Origin: Patescibacteria group bacterium
Lineage (GTDB): Bacteria > Patescibacteriota > Patescibacteriia > UBA9934 > GWF2-40-263
NCBI GenBank assembly: GCA_041661745.1
Contig: JBAZTR010000002.1
Span: 68,368 to 132,367 of the forward strand
Reading direction: 5' to 3'
Length of the DNA stretch: 64,000 nt
Shown: positions 52,021 through 63,061 of the stretch, piece after piece
Numbering within the stretch: the stretch's first letter is position 1
Layout: each line of letters starts with the position of its first letter
The notes under the pieces: generated by a model
Databases searched by the model: none
Told to the model about the DNA's origin: nothing
The model's input: only the letters and a program-made list of their open reading frames with translations
Made by a program: the position numbers and the translations under genes

Positions 52021-53070
52021 TCAGAAGCGGAAGACGAGGATGCCAGTGCCGGTGGCCAGCAGAACACCGCCGACAGCCAAGGTGCTGATCTGCGAGGCGC
52101 GAACCGCCTCGTAGGCCTTCTGGTCGCGCGGCTCCAGGGGCTCCATGAGGTAGGCGTCGCCGATCCCGTAGAGGGAGGCGCTGGCGACCCCAAAGAACAG
52201 TCCGGAGCCGATGACCGCCCAGCCGGCGTTCGGGTGCCCCTTCTTCTTGCCGGGGACGACCGGGGCCGGCGGCAGTACCGCGACTGCCCGAACGGGCGGC
52301 ATCGCGATGACATCGGTCGGATCGTAGTTGCCGGTCACGTCGACGTGTGCCTTGTCTTCGGTGGCCTCGCCGACCCTCTTGTCGACGAAACGCTGGAACT
52401 CGGCCACGGTGATTTCGCCGTTGCCGGAGGCGTCGGCCAGACCGTCCAGGCCTTCGGCTACCACTTGACCGAAACCTGCCCACTCCGAACCAGTGTTGGC
52501 CGGAAGGTAGGACACGGCCAGGATGTTCGGAGCCTGGTCGGACCAGTGGCGCGACTGCGGACCAACCAAGGCCACGTTGCCGAGCGAACCCTGACGCATG
52601 GTCTGGGTCACGACGATGACCTGAACCCCGGGCTTGATGGACCCCATGAGCCCATCGACCCTGACGCCGCTGGCCATGACATCACTTGGGTTGACGTCCC
52701 AGGGCAACAGGTAGGGGTCATCGAAGTCGCCCCCGACGGCCAGCATGGAGATGTAGAGGAAGAGCGAGTCGCCGGCCTCCAGGTTGATGGCGAAGTCGTT
52801 CGAGAAGAGACTCTCGATGTCGACCTTGTTGGCCTTGCTGCTCACCACGAGGTTGACCTCGTAGCCGGAAGCCTTCAGGGCCAGACCCAGCTGGCGAGTC
52901 TGCTCCAGCCCAGCGTCGAGCGACCGCGGCAAGGTGGTGTCCTGGTAGTTGTCGACAGCCAGGACGACCGCGATCTTCTTCGGATCCCCATCCTCGGCCC
53001 CCGCCACTGCAGGGCAAAGGAGGGAGAACAGGAAAGCCATGGCAACGGCGAAGGCCAGACGATTGAACAT
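52021..53070 (-). CDS. Secreted/membrane-anchored caspase-like (peptidase C14-like) domain protein with EF-hand calcium-binding loop and C-terminal TM helices; GC-rich island gene
   Basis: Signal peptide MFNRLAFAVAMAFLFSLLCPAVAGA. Caspase-like block KIAVVLAVDNYQD...ASGYEV...GDSLFLYIS...VQVIVVTQTMRQG. EF-hand DASGNGEITVAEF. Two C-terminal hydrophobic helices. Very GC-rich by eye. Confidence 0.4.
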   Translation of the reverse strand: MFNRLAFAVAMAFLFSLLCPAVAGAEDGDPKKIAVVLAVDNYQDTTLPRSLDAGLEQTRQLGLALKASGYEVNLVVSSKANKVDIESLFSNDFAINLEAGDSLFLYISMLAVGGDFDDPYLLPWDVNPSDVMASGVRVDGLMGSIKPGVQVIVVTQTMRQGSLGNVALVGPQSRHWSDQAPNILAVSYLPANTGSEWAGFGQVVAEGLDGLADASGNGEITVAEFQRFVDKRVGEATEDKAHVDVTGNYDPTDVIAMPPVRAVAVLPPAPVVPGKKKGHPNAGWAVIGSGLFFGVASASLYGIGDAYLMEPLEPRDQKAYEAVRASQISTLAVGGVLLATGTGILVFRF

Positions 53071-53166
53071 TTCTGAACTCCCACAGGTGGAAAATTGGGT
53101 GAAACCGACGCCTAATTCTTATCATAAAATCGAAAAAAGTCAAGGATGTGTTATAATATTTCCGAT

Positions 53167-55455
53167 ATGTATCTCGCCAAACTGGAACTTCAGGGTTTCA
53201 AAACCTTTGCCGGCAAAACCACCTTACTTTTCCCCGGACAAAAAGATGGTGGCTATTCCGTAACCACTATTGTTGGCCCCAACGGCTCGGGTAAATCAAA
53301 CCTGGCCGATGCTATTCGTTGGGCCCTTGGTGAACAAAGTCTCAAACTCCTCCGCGGAAAAAATTCCGAGGATGTTATTTTTTCCGGCTCGGCTAATAAG
53401 TCTCGCTCGGGTTTTGCCGAGGTTAACCTGACTTTTGACAACAGCGACCATGTCGTACCAGTTGATTTTTCCGAAGTGGTAATTACTCGCAAACTTTATC
53501 GCGACGGTGAATCGGAATATTTGGTCAATGGCAGCACCGCCCGCCTCTCCGACATTCGACTTATGCTGGCCGAGGCTAATGTTGGTCAACAATCGTACTC
53601 GGTTATTGGCCAAGGCATGGTTGATCACATTTTGGTGGCCACGCCCGAAGAGCGCAAAGCTTTTTTTGACGACGCCATGGGGGTTAAACCATTACAATTA
53701 AAACGACATGACGCGATTTTAAAATTAAAACGCACGGCGGAAAATCTTTCTGAAGTAAAAATGCTTTTAATGGAAATCGAGCCACGTTTGAAGAGCTTAA
53801 AACGCCAAGCTAATCGTTTAGAAAAACGGGCCATTATCGAAACCGAGCTAAAAGATCTGCGGCAGCGTTATTACAGCTCGCTCTGGTGGTCATTACACGA
53901 TCAATCGGTCTCGGTTCGTGACAAACACGACAAAATGGAAGGCGCTGTTGGACGTGTGATCGAACGGGTAAAAGATTTGGAAACAAAAGTTTCGACCAAA
54001 GAGGCCGAGGAACGCGGTAAAGAAAAAACTAATGCCGGACTTTTGGCTCTGCAAAAAGAATATCAGGAAACGCAACGCGAGCGGGCCCGTCTTCGCGATG
54101 AGGAGTTCGTGGTTGAACGTCAAATCGAATTAACCAAAGTAAAAGCCGAGACCACTTGGGCCCCACTGCCCCTTTCTAAAATTATCGAGGAAGTGGAAAA
54201 CATCAAGGTCTCGCAAAAAGGTTTGGTAGCGGCGTTACGCGCGGCCAAATCAATGGATGATGTTAAAAAAATCGCCGATGAAGCGGAAACAGTTTTTGAT
54301 CGCTCCAGTCTATTAGTTAGTCGCTTACAAAAACCAACGCCGATTGAAGCTAAACCAGATCCGGCTTTGGTGGCCAAACGAGAAAAAATTAAAATCGAAC
54401 GTTTAGGTATCGAAAACAAACTGGTTGAGCTGGAAAAATCCATTAACACTTCGGCCAGCCAAGAAAAAACCGATCGCACGGAATTGTTTGCCATGCACCG
54501 CGAGCTTCGACAAGCCGAGGAAGAACGTCATCACCTCGAGGCCGACTGGCATGAAACCCAAATTGAATTGGCTCGGTTGGAAGAACGCGAAAAAAATCTT
54601 GATCGCGAAATCCAAGAGGAAATGGGGGCTGAGGCCATGACTTCAAAAAGTAATCGCCCGACCGGACAAATAAATACCGATGAATTATACCCGGAGATTC
54701 AACGTTTACGTTATCAACTGGAACTCATTGGCGGGATTGATCCGGAAACTTTAAAAGAATATGAAAGTACCAATGAGCGCTTCACCTTTCTTTCCGCTCA
54801 AACCGAAGATTTGGAAAAAGCCATTAGGGACACTGAAAAAGTTATTGATGAATTGGACGAAAAAATTAAAGAACAGTCCGAAGAAGCCTTTAAAAAAATA
54901 AACAAGGAGTTTTCTAAATTCTTTAAAATGCTTTTTGGTGGCGGATCGTGCGAATTGGTTAAACTGACGGTCGAGGATTTGGCCCCGGAAGAAAGCGAAG
55001 TAAGTTTGGAACGTGCTCTAAATGACACAGCCGAAACCGAACAGATTAAAGAAGAACGACCAATTTTTGTCGAAAAGAAAGATCGGGTCATCGGGGTTGA
55101 TATTTACGCCACCCCGCCAGGCAAAAAATTAAAATCACTAAACCTCCTTTCCGGCGGCGAACGGGCCCTGACCTCGATTGCCTTGGTCTCGGCCATCATG
55201 GCCACCAACCCGGCCCCGTTCGTAGTTCTTGATGAAGTCGATGCCGCGCTTGATGAAGCCAACACTGTCCGCTTTGCTTCTATTCTCGATGAGCTGGCTA
55301 AACTAACACAATTTATTGTCATCACCCACAACCGTGCCACTATGGAAAAAGCCGATGTTCTTTACGGCGTTACTATGGGTGAGGAAGGTACCAGTAAAGT
55401 TCTCTCGGTCCGTTTGGAAAATGTGGCTGGCGGAAATGGAACGGCAAGACGATAA
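53167..55455 (+). CDS. smc: SMC-family chromosome segregation ATPase, unusually short (about 760 aa)
   Basis: N-terminal Walker A GPNGSGKSN and RGKNSEDVIFSG, long coiled coils, C-terminal signature LSGGERALTSIAL and Walker B VLDEVDAALD. Confidence 0.7.
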   Translation: MYLAKLELQGFKTFAGKTTLLFPGQKDGGYSVTTIVGPNGSGKSNLADAIRWALGEQSLKLLRGKNSEDVIFSGSANKSRSGFAEVNLTFDNSDHVVPVDFSEVVITRKLYRDGESEYLVNGSTARLSDIRLMLAEANVGQQSYSVIGQGMVDHILVATPEERKAFFDDAMGVKPLQLKRHDAILKLKRTAENLSEVKMLLMEIEPRLKSLKRQANRLEKRAIIETELKDLRQRYYSSLWWSLHDQSVSVRDKHDKMEGAVGRVIERVKDLETKVSTKEAEERGKEKTNAGLLALQKEYQETQRERARLRDEEFVVERQIELTKVKAETTWAPLPLSKIIEEVENIKVSQKGLVAALRAAKSMDDVKKIADEAETVFDRSSLLVSRLQKPTPIEAKPDPALVAKREKIKIERLGIENKLVELEKSINTSASQEKTDRTELFAMHRELRQAEEERHHLEADWHETQIELARLEEREKNLDREIQEEMGAEAMTSKSNRPTGQINTDELYPEIQRLRYQLELIGGIDPETLKEYESTNERFTFLSAQTEDLEKAIRDTEKVIDELDEKIKEQSEEAFKKINKEFSKFFKMLFGGGSCELVKLTVEDLAPEESEVSLERALNDTAETEQIKEERPIFVEKKDRVIGVDIYATPPGKKLKSLNLLSGGERALTSIALVSAIMATNPAPFVVLDEVDAALDEANTVRFASILDELAKLTQFIVITHNRATMEKADVLYGVTMGEEGTSKVLSVRLENVAGGNGTARR

Positions 55456-55690
55456 TAAAACTCCCCAGGCTGAAGTCCGAGTGCATTCGGTGAAAATAGA
55501 CAAAAAACTAGTCGAGTAATCGTCTAGTTTTTAAAAACATGGGGCTAGTTTAGTGTTGGTTTTTTATAAAGAATTCCCGTCCTGTCCGTATGTACACAAT
55601 ATTAAACTCTCTTGTAAAAATCAAAGAAAAAATGTACTCTAAAAATAGGCTTAGGTACAAAATTTTCATAAAATTATTACACCATAAGAT

Positions 55691-56788
55691 ATGAGTAAAT
55701 CAATAAAATGGGTTATCGGAATAGTTGCAGTCGTTGTTGTCGTGGCCATCGGATACTTTGTATCAAGAGGTCCGAAAGAGGTTTCGGAAGTCCCGATTAA
55801 AATTGGGATGGTTGCACCAATGACCGGTGATCTCGCCTTCATGGGCGAGGGGATAAGAGACGCTATTTTATTGGCCAAAGAAAACATGAGTAGCACGAAA
55901 TATACCTACGAAGTAATTTTTGAGGACGACCAACTGGATCCTAAAATGACCGCAAGCGCCGTCAATAAACTAATAAGTGTAGACAAAGCTGATGTAATTA
56001 TATCTTTTAGTTCCGTGACAGGAAATGTGATCACACCAATTGCAGAACAAAACGAAGTTGTGCATTTTGGCATAGCCTCAGATCCTAACGTGGCAATAGG
56101 TAAATTTAACTTCATCCATTGGACGCCTCCCTCTGAGGAAAATAAGGTTTTCATTGAAGAATTGCAACGAAGAGGGATTAAAAAACTGGGAGTGTTCGAG
56201 TCGAACGCACAAGGTGCTGCCGCTGTAATGGCCGACTTGCAAGAAAGATTAAAAGGGACGGATATTGAAATAGTAACTGACCAGGTATTTAACTTTGGCG
56301 AAAAAGACTTTAGAAGTATTATCGCTAAAGCAAAAAACAGCGAAGCAGAAATTTACTTATTAATGGCTTTCTCGCCAGAGTTAGAAATATTAGCCAAGCA
56401 AATGAAAGAAGCCGGAATAAACACGCCACTTACCTCTATTGAATCTTTTGAACTTAGCGAGCAGGTAGCTCTTTTCGAGGGAGATTGGTACGTCAACGCC
56501 GCTGACCCGACGGGAGATTTTGCTGATAAGTTCAAAACGAAAACTGGCAAAAACCCAACATTGGGAGCGGCTAACGGATATGATATTTTTAACTTAGTGG
56601 TTGCAGCCACCGAAAAAATTATAAGTTCAACAAAACCTACGCCCGACCAAATTGTAAGTGAACTAATGAATATTAAAGACTTCAGCGGCGCGCTTGGTAA
56701 CTTAAGTATTGACGAAGATGGACTTGTTGTATCAAAGGCAGCCATCCGTATGATAAAAGACGGGCAACCTGTTAGTGTCAGTGAGTAG
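55691..56788 (+). CDS. ABC transporter substrate-binding protein (branched-chain amino acid / LivJ-like, Peripla_BP_6)
   Basis: N-terminal anchor/signal, IKIGMVAPMTGDLAFMGEG typical of LivJ/K-type binders. First gene of a 5-gene liv operon. Confidence 0.8.
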   Translation: MSKSIKWVIGIVAVVVVVAIGYFVSRGPKEVSEVPIKIGMVAPMTGDLAFMGEGIRDAILLAKENMSSTKYTYEVIFEDDQLDPKMTASAVNKLISVDKADVIISFSSVTGNVITPIAEQNEVVHFGIASDPNVAIGKFNFIHWTPPSEENKVFIEELQRRGIKKLGVFESNAQGAAAVMADLQERLKGTDIEIVTDQVFNFGEKDFRSIIAKAKNSEAEIYLLMAFSPELEILAKQMKEAGINTPLTSIESFELSEQVALFEGDWYVNAADPTGDFADKFKTKTGKNPTLGAANGYDIFNLVVAATEKIISSTKPTPDQIVSELMNIKDFSGALGNLSIDEDGLVVSKAAIRMIKDGQPVSVSE

Positions 56789-56878
56789 AAACCCGACCTT
56801 ATGTGCAGAATAAAATTGCCTCGTTTTGCGAGGCAATTTTTTTGAAAAAACACGATGAACCAGGTAAAATAAAACTAA

Positions 56879-57745
56879 ATGAATATACTTCCACAACTCA
56901 TCTTGAACGGCATTATCGCTGGAGCGATATATACTTTGGTCACACTGGGTTTTAATCTCATTTACGGCGCGACAAAATTCTTCAATTTAGCGCACGGCGT
57001 AATGGCGGCAATCGGCGGCTACGCGATGTTTTATTTTGCCAAAACCTTAGGACTAAATGTTTATATTGCGGTTATTCTCGGTGTCGTTTTAGTCGGTCTT
57101 GTCGGTTTTGGCCTAGATAAACTCATTTATCGCCCGCTTCGCAAGCGTAAAGCGTCAAATATGGTTTTATTTGTTGCTTCACTTGGAGCAATGACTACCT
57201 TACAAGCCGTTATTGCAATCCTCTTTTCCAGTCAATTCAAAACGCTTTCACAAAACTTTGGTACCCAAAAATTTTTCATAATTTTTGGTGGCACCGTAAC
57301 ACAAACACAGCTTGTTATTTTATTATCTGCTGTTTTAGTTATGGCAGGGCTCGTTGTCCTTCTTTACAAAACGCAATTTGGCCGGGCCGTACGAGCCATC
57401 AGCGATGACGAGGAAGCAGCGCAGATTATCGGTATAGATACCAACAAAATAATTGGCTATGTTTTTTTCATCGGCTCGGCAATTGCTGGACTTACTGGAA
57501 TTTTGGTCGGTTTTGATGTAGGTATTGAACCGGAAATGGGATCGAACTTACTGCTCAAAGGTGTCATTGCTTCCGTTGTCGGTGGGGTCGGCAATATCTA
57601 CGGTGGAGTTTTGGGCGCGTTTCTTTTGGGATTTGCGGAAAATTTCGGCATTTGGAAAATATCTGGCGAATGGAAAGACGCCATTGCCTTTGCCCTCTTG
57701 ATTACATTTTTAATTTTCCGTCCCCGCGGAATTATGAATAAGTAG
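56879..57745 (+). CDS. livH: Branched-chain amino acid ABC transporter permease
   Basis: 8 TM helices, LivH-type permease. Followed immediately by livM (2 nt gap). Confidence 0.85.
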   Translation: MNILPQLILNGIIAGAIYTLVTLGFNLIYGATKFFNLAHGVMAAIGGYAMFYFAKTLGLNVYIAVILGVVLVGLVGFGLDKLIYRPLRKRKASNMVLFVASLGAMTTLQAVIAILFSSQFKTLSQNFGTQKFFIIFGGTVTQTQLVILLSAVLVMAGLVVLLYKTQFGRAVRAISDDEEAAQIIGIDTNKIIGYVFFIGSAIAGLTGILVGFDVGIEPEMGSNLLLKGVIASVVGGVGNIYGGVLGAFLLGFAENFGIWKISGEWKDAIAFALLITFLIFRPRGIMNK

Positions 57746-57746
57746 T

Positions 57747-58613
57747 ATGGTATATTTGGAACATTTAGCCATTTTATTTGCCATCTACGCTATCTTAGGT
57801 ATGAGTTTGAACTTGGTTGTTGGCTACACTGGACTTTTGTCCGTAACCCATGCCGCTTTTTACGGCATTGGTGCCTATACTACGGCAATACTTCTGACAA
57901 AAAGCGATGTTGGTTTTTTCAGTTCTTTGATTTTAGGAATTATCATTGCAGCCGCTGTAAGTTTCCTCATCGGCATAGTTTTGTCTAAGCTCAAAGGTGA
58001 TTATTATGCCCTTGGTACATTTGGATTTAACACGATTATCTTTGCTGTCTTTTTGAACTGGCAAAAATTGACGAGGGGCCCTCTGGGTATTCCCGGAGTT
58101 CCCAAGCCGGAGTTATTCGGCATAAACTTTGCGAATAATTTTAATTTCCTAGTTCTTGTTTTGATATTTCTGATCTTGACATATTTTGCCTCACGTTTTG
58201 TCGTCAACTCCTCTTTCGGCCGAGTATTGAAAGCAATTCGCGAAGACGAAACGGCCATTGCTGTTTTCGGATACAACGCTTTGTATTTCAAACTTACGAT
58301 TTTCGTTATTTCCGCCGCCATGGCAGCGATTGCCGGATCTTTCTTTGCTTCCTATGTTACTTTCATTGACTCCTCCAGTTTTCAGTTGGCGGAGTCGATG
58401 TTCATTCTTGCGATTATTATTTTGGGTGGACTCGCCAACCTACGCGGTTCGATTTTAGGCGCATTATTTTTGATACTGCTTCCTGAAATTTTACGTTTCG
58501 TCGGCTTTCCGTCCGGCATCGAGGCTCAAATGCGACAGGCCGTGTATGGCATAATTTTGATTTTACTCATGCTCTATCGGCCGCAGGGGTTAATAGGTGA
58601 ATACAAGTTATGA
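57747..58613 (+). CDS. livM: Branched-chain amino acid ABC transporter permease
   Basis: LivM-type permease. 4-nt overlap with livG. Confidence 0.85.
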   Translation: MVYLEHLAILFAIYAILGMSLNLVVGYTGLLSVTHAAFYGIGAYTTAILLTKSDVGFFSSLILGIIIAAAVSFLIGIVLSKLKGDYYALGTFGFNTIIFAVFLNWQKLTRGPLGIPGVPKPELFGINFANNFNFLVLVLIFLILTYFASRFVVNSSFGRVLKAIREDETAIAVFGYNALYFKLTIFVISAAMAAIAGSFFASYVTFIDSSSFQLAESMFILAIIILGGLANLRGSILGALFLILLPEILRFVGFPSGIEAQMRQAVYGIILILLMLYRPQGLIGEYKL

Positions 58614-59344
58614 AAATTCTTAAAACAAAAAATTTAGAAAAACGATTTAACGGCGTTCGTGCCGTTGATCGACTTTCAATAAGAATTGAAAAAGGAAAGA
58701 TCACCGGCATTATCGGACCGAACGGCTCCGGCAAAACAACACTTATTAATCTTTTGAGCGGGATTCTGGAAATGGATAGCGGAGAAATTATTGTCGATGG
58801 TATAAAAAAAAATACAAGGATACTGCCACACCAAATTTTTTTCTACGGTATTACCCGTACTTTTCAAAATGTTCGGCTGTTTGAACAAATGACGGTGATG
58901 GACAACATTTTAGTTGTCGTAACCGAGAGAAATGTTTTTAGTTCGCTTTTTGAGAGGCACACTGAATACCACAAAAAAATCGCCGAGGAAGTTTTGCAGA
59001 AAGTCGGTCTTTGGGAGAAAAAAGATCAGTTGGCCTTCAATCTTTCCTACGGCCAACGAAAACTTTTGGAGATTGCCCGGACATTAGCAACGAAGGTGGA
59101 AATTTATCTTTTTGATGAACCTTTTGCCGGACTTTTTCCAGAGATGAGAAAAATCGTTTCCATCATTCTTCAAGAGTTAAGGCAAGAAAATAAAACCATT
59201 GTCTTGATTGAGCACGATATCGGTTTAATCCGAGAACTTTGCGACCATGTTTTTGTGATGAATGAGGGCAAACTATTGGTCGAAGGCAAGCCCGACTCTG
59301 TTTTAAAAAAAAGAGAGGTTGTTGAGGCGTATCTTGGTGGATAA
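58610..59344 (+). CDS. livG: ABC transporter ATP-binding protein (LivG-like)
   Basis: Walker A GPNGSGKTT, signature SYGQRK, Walker B IYLFDEP. Confidence 0.85.
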   Translation: MKILKTKNLEKRFNGVRAVDRLSIRIEKGKITGIIGPNGSGKTTLINLLSGILEMDSGEIIVDGIKKNTRILPHQIFFYGITRTFQNVRLFEQMTVMDNILVVVTERNVFSSLFERHTEYHKKIAEEVLQKVGLWEKKDQLAFNLSYGQRKLLEIARTLATKVEIYLFDEPFAGLFPEMRKIVSIILQELRQENKTIVLIEHDIGLIRELCDHVFVMNEGKLLVEGKPDSVLKKREVVEAYLGG

Positions 59345-59353
59345 ATAATAAAT

Positions 59354-60073
59354 ATGGAAAAAGAAACTTTACTACAACTTCACAACGTTTCGGTTAACTA
59401 CGGCGGAGTAAAGGCTCTCAATGGTGTCGATATTTCGCTTGATGAGGGTGAAATCGTGGCTTTGATGGGTCCAAACGGCGCGGGTAAATCAACAATACTC
59501 AAGACGATTTTCGGCTTGGCGCCAATTCATTCCGGAAAAATTTTATGGCACGAAAAAGAGATAAAACCGGTTTCCTATGAGGTCGTGAAAAGAGGTATTT
59601 CTTTTGTTCCACAAGGCCGAAGAGTATTTAGTCATTTAACGATTGAAGAAAATTTGGAAATCGGCGGTTTTATCGTTGACGATAAAAAGGAATTGAAAAG
59701 ACGAATCGCCGAGGCAATGGAGACTTTTCCAATACTGAAACAACGGTGTAAAGCTAAAGCCGGAACGCTTTCCGGCGGTCAACAGCAGATGCTTGCCTTG
59801 GCGCGAGGGCTGATGACCGAACCGAAAGTTTTACTTCTCGACGAACCATCTCTTGGTCTTGCGCCAAAAATCGTTAAAGAGGTTTTTGCAAAGATTAAAG
59901 AAATAAACGAAAAACACAAAACGGCAATTTTGGTAGTCGAGCACAACATTAAATCGTTGCTTGATATCGCCAATCGTGGTTATGTTCTAGATAAAGGAAG
60001 TGTCGTAGCAAAAGACACCGCACAAAAGCTTCTTGAGAGCGATATTTTAGAAAAGGTATTTATGGGTAAATAA
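59354..60073 (+). CDS. livF: ABC transporter ATP-binding protein (LivF-like)
   Basis: Walker A GPNGAGKST, signature LSGGQQQ, Walker B LLLDEPS. Confidence 0.85.
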   Translation: MEKETLLQLHNVSVNYGGVKALNGVDISLDEGEIVALMGPNGAGKSTILKTIFGLAPIHSGKILWHEKEIKPVSYEVVKRGISFVPQGRRVFSHLTIEENLEIGGFIVDDKKELKRRIAEAMETFPILKQRCKAKAGTLSGGQQQMLALARGLMTEPKVLLLDEPSLGLAPKIVKEVFAKIKEINEKHKTAILVVEHNIKSLLDIANRGYVLDKGSVVAKDTAQKLLESDILEKVFMGK

Positions 60074-60126
60074 AAAACTCTAACCATATTAATAGTTATG
60101 AGTTTTTTATATTCCTCGAATCCTTC

Positions 60127-62997
60127 TTATTTCCTAGTTTCAAAAATTTCCTTCAAAAACTGTCCGGTATAACTAGTCTTAACTTTGGCCACCTCACGAG
60201 GCGTACCTTCGGCCACCACCATACCGCCCTTGTTCCCGCCATCCGGACCCATGTCGATAATCCAATCAGCGCCTTTGATGACATCAGGGTTATGCTCGAT
60301 GATCAAAACCGTATTGCCCTTATCCGCCAAACGATGAAGAACATCCAAAAGTTTTTTAATATCTTCAAAGTGAAGGCCGGTGGTCGGTTCATCAAGAATA
60401 TACAAAGTCTTACCAGTGGCCCGACGAGAAAGTTCTGTGGCCAACTTAACACGTTGGGCTTCACCACCAGACAAAGTCGTAGCTGATTGGCCGAGGTGCA
60501 TATAGCCAAGTCCGACCTCGCGCAAAATTCCCAGCTTGTCGGCAATGGCCGGTTGGTCGGAAAAGAAACGGAACGATTCTTCCACGGTCATATCCAAAAC
60601 ATCGGCAATATTTTTACCTTTGTAATGAATTTCCAAAACCTCGGCGTTGTAGCGACGACCATGACACTCGTGACATTCAGCGTAAACGTCGGGCATGAAC
60701 TGCATTTCAATGCGCTGCAAGCCATCACCACCGCAAGCCTCACAACGACCGCCACCTTTGACGTTGAAGCTAAACTTACCGGCATCAAAACGACGAAGTT
60801 TGGCTTCCGGCACCTCAGTAAACAAATCGCGCACGGCCGTGAACAGGCCGGTGTAGGTGGCCGGGTTGGAACGCGGGGTGCGACCAATAGGTGATTGATC
60901 AATGGCCACGATTTTATCAAGATTTTCTAGCCCCAAAATTTTATCATGCTCGGCCGGCAGTTCTTTGGCCCGATAAAAATGGCGCTCCAGTGCCTTCGCT
61001 AAAATCTCCAAAATCAAAGTTGATTTACCGGAACCGGAAACACCGGTAACACAAGTTAAAGTGCCGAGCGGTAAATTGACCGTGACGTTTTTCAGGTTAA
61101 AAGCACGCGCCCCGACAATGGTTAATTTTTTACCACTGCCCTTGCGAACGCGGGCTGGCACAGGAATTTCTTTTTTACCAGATAAATATTGTCCGGTTAG
61201 CGATTCTTTATTTTTAGTTAAATCTTTAATGGTACCCTCGGCAATAATTTCACCACCATAAGTGCCGGCGCCGGGCCCGACATCAATTATCCAATCAGCC
61301 TCATTCATCATGGCGGCATCGTGTTCAACAACAATAACACTGTTACCCTGGTCACGGAGTTTTTTAAGGGTTTCAATTAATTTTTCGTTATCGCGTGGAT
61401 GCAGACCAATAGACGGTTCGTCCAAAATATAAATCACACCGGTTAAACCATTGCCAAGTTGCGTAGCCAAACGAACGCGTTGCGATTCACCACCAGACAA
61501 AGTCATGGCACTGCGATCAAGGGTTAAATAACCTAACCCAACATCAAGCAAGTTGCGTAGACGACCACTAACTTCTTTGGCCACCCGTTCCATGACTTCT
61601 AGGTCAGAACCGGCCAAGCCACAGCAACACCGTTCCTGTTTACTTTTGACGGTGTGCTTACCCGGCACATAAGCTTTAAAAAATTCGGCCAGTTCATCCA
61701 ACGGCTTATTTACGAAATCGGAAATGGAAAAATTCAAAACCTTAACCGCCAAAGCCTCCGGTTTCAAACGTTGACCACGACAAGCTGTACAGAGCAAGGT
61801 GCGCATGTAGCACTCCAACTCGTGACGAACATAATCAGAATCGGTTTCTTTATATTTTCTTTCAAGCATGGCCAAAATGCCCGGGAAAGTTACGGTCTGA
61901 CCATCGATGTCGTAAGTTTCCTCACCGGTACCGTCAAATAAAACTTTCATTTTAACCGCGGGAATTTTTTCCACCGGAGTCCCCATGGGAATTTTATGGC
62001 GATGTCCGACGGCTTCAAGCAAACGCATTTGCGCCGCCGAATTACCGGCCGCCCTGGACCACGGCCGAATCGCCCCTTCGTCTAAAGTTAAACGCTTATT
62101 AGGAATAACCAACTCTGGTTCAAAAACAAGTTTAACCCCAAGGCCGGTACAATCCGGGCAGGCTCCGTGTGGCGAGTTAAAAGAAAAAGAACGCGGTTCA
62201 GGCTTGGACACCGACAACTGACAATCAGCACAATAGTAAGCCTGGGAAAACAAACGATCTTCGCCATCAGATTCGGACACCGCATTAACCACACCGTTAC
62301 CATACTCTAAGGCCTTACCAACCAATTCTTTAATTCGAGCTAACGGAAGGTTGCTGTCGGGTTCAAAAGTCGCAATCAATAAATCAATTGTGTGTGGCTT
62401 GGCCTTATCCTTCCGCATTTCAAGTGCTTCCTCGGTATCCATAATGACACCATCAAAACGTATTGACTTGAAACCAGAATCAAGTGCTGTTAACAGAACT
62501 TGTTTATGTTCACCTTTTTGTTCGCGGACAATCGGAGCAAACAAATAAAGCGTTCCGACCTCGCGGAGTTTATTTATAGTTGAAGAGATTTGTTCCAAAG
62601 TTTGCTCTTTCAATTCGCGCTGACATTTTGGGCAATGCGGTTTACCAATGCGGGCGAAAAGAATACGCAAAGCGTCGTAAACCTCAGTTACGGTGCCGAC
62701 GGTCGAACGCGGATTGTGCGAAGAAGATTTTTGATCAATGGCCACGGTTGGCGACAACCCGGTAATTTCATCAACATCGGGCTTGTCTTGCATTTCCAAA
62801 AATTGGCGAGCATAGCTAGACAGCGATTCCATAAAGCGACGCTGACCCTCGGCATAAATGGTGTCAAAGGCCAGAGAGGATTTTCCCGAACCGGATAAAC
62901 CGGTAATCACCACGAAACTATTTTTAGGGATATCGACGTCAACATTTTTCAAATTATGAACGCGCGCCCCGCGCACGGAAATGCAATTTTTTGTCAT
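60127..62997 (-). CDS. uvrA: Excinuclease ABC subunit A
   Basis: Two ABC ATPase modules ([20 protein letters not shown]), zinc-finger Cys clusters. About 955 aa. Confidence 0.9.
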   Translation of the reverse strand: MTKNCISVRGARVHNLKNVDVDIPKNSFVVITGLSGSGKSSLAFDTIYAEGQRRFMESLSSYARQFLEMQDKPDVDEITGLSPTVAIDQKSSSHNPRSTVGTVTEVYDALRILFARIGKPHCPKCQRELKEQTLEQISSTINKLREVGTLYLFAPIVREQKGEHKQVLLTALDSGFKSIRFDGVIMDTEEALEMRKDKAKPHTIDLLIATFEPDSNLPLARIKELVGKALEYGNGVVNAVSESDGEDRLFSQAYYCADCQLSVSKPEPRSFSFNSPHGACPDCTGLGVKLVFEPELVIPNKRLTLDEGAIRPWSRAAGNSAAQMRLLEAVGHRHKIPMGTPVEKIPAVKMKVLFDGTGEETYDIDGQTVTFPGILAMLERKYKETDSDYVRHELECYMRTLLCTACRGQRLKPEALAVKVLNFSISDFVNKPLDELAEFFKAYVPGKHTVKSKQERCCCGLAGSDLEVMERVAKEVSGRLRNLLDVGLGYLTLDRSAMTLSGGESQRVRLATQLGNGLTGVIYILDEPSIGLHPRDNEKLIETLKKLRDQGNSVIVVEHDAAMMNEADWIIDVGPGAGTYGGEIIAEGTIKDLTKNKESLTGQYLSGKKEIPVPARVRKGSGKKLTIVGARAFNLKNVTVNLPLGTLTCVTGVSGSGKSTLILEILAKALERHFYRAKELPAEHDKILGLENLDKIVAIDQSPIGRTPRSNPATYTGLFTAVRDLFTEVPEAKLRRFDAGKFSFNVKGGGRCEACGGDGLQRIEMQFMPDVYAECHECHGRRYNAEVLEIHYKGKNIADVLDMTVEESFRFFSDQPAIADKLGILREVGLGYMHLGQSATTLSGGEAQRVKLATELSRRATGKTLYILDEPTTGLHFEDIKKLLDVLHRLADKGNTVLIIEHNPDVIKGADWIIDMGPDGGNKGGMVVAEGTPREVAKVKTSYTGQFLKEIFETRK

Positions 62998-63061
62998 AGA
63001 TAAAAGCGTGGGACATGGTACCACGCTTTTGTTTTTGCTGCAAGGATTCGATTATTCGATT

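Noticed and set aside
50966-52483. 505-aa ORF implying a long N-terminal extension of NrnA
   Set aside because: The first about 180 residues are R/G/P-rich antisense of the GC-rich caspase-like gene. The genuine DHH protein starts at MSYSTLEQ (51939).
52234-53143. ORFs 52234-53076 (+) and 52718-53143 (-) overlapping the caspase-like gene
   Set aside because: Antisense or alternative-frame artefacts of GC-rich sequence. G/D/R-rich, with no motifs.
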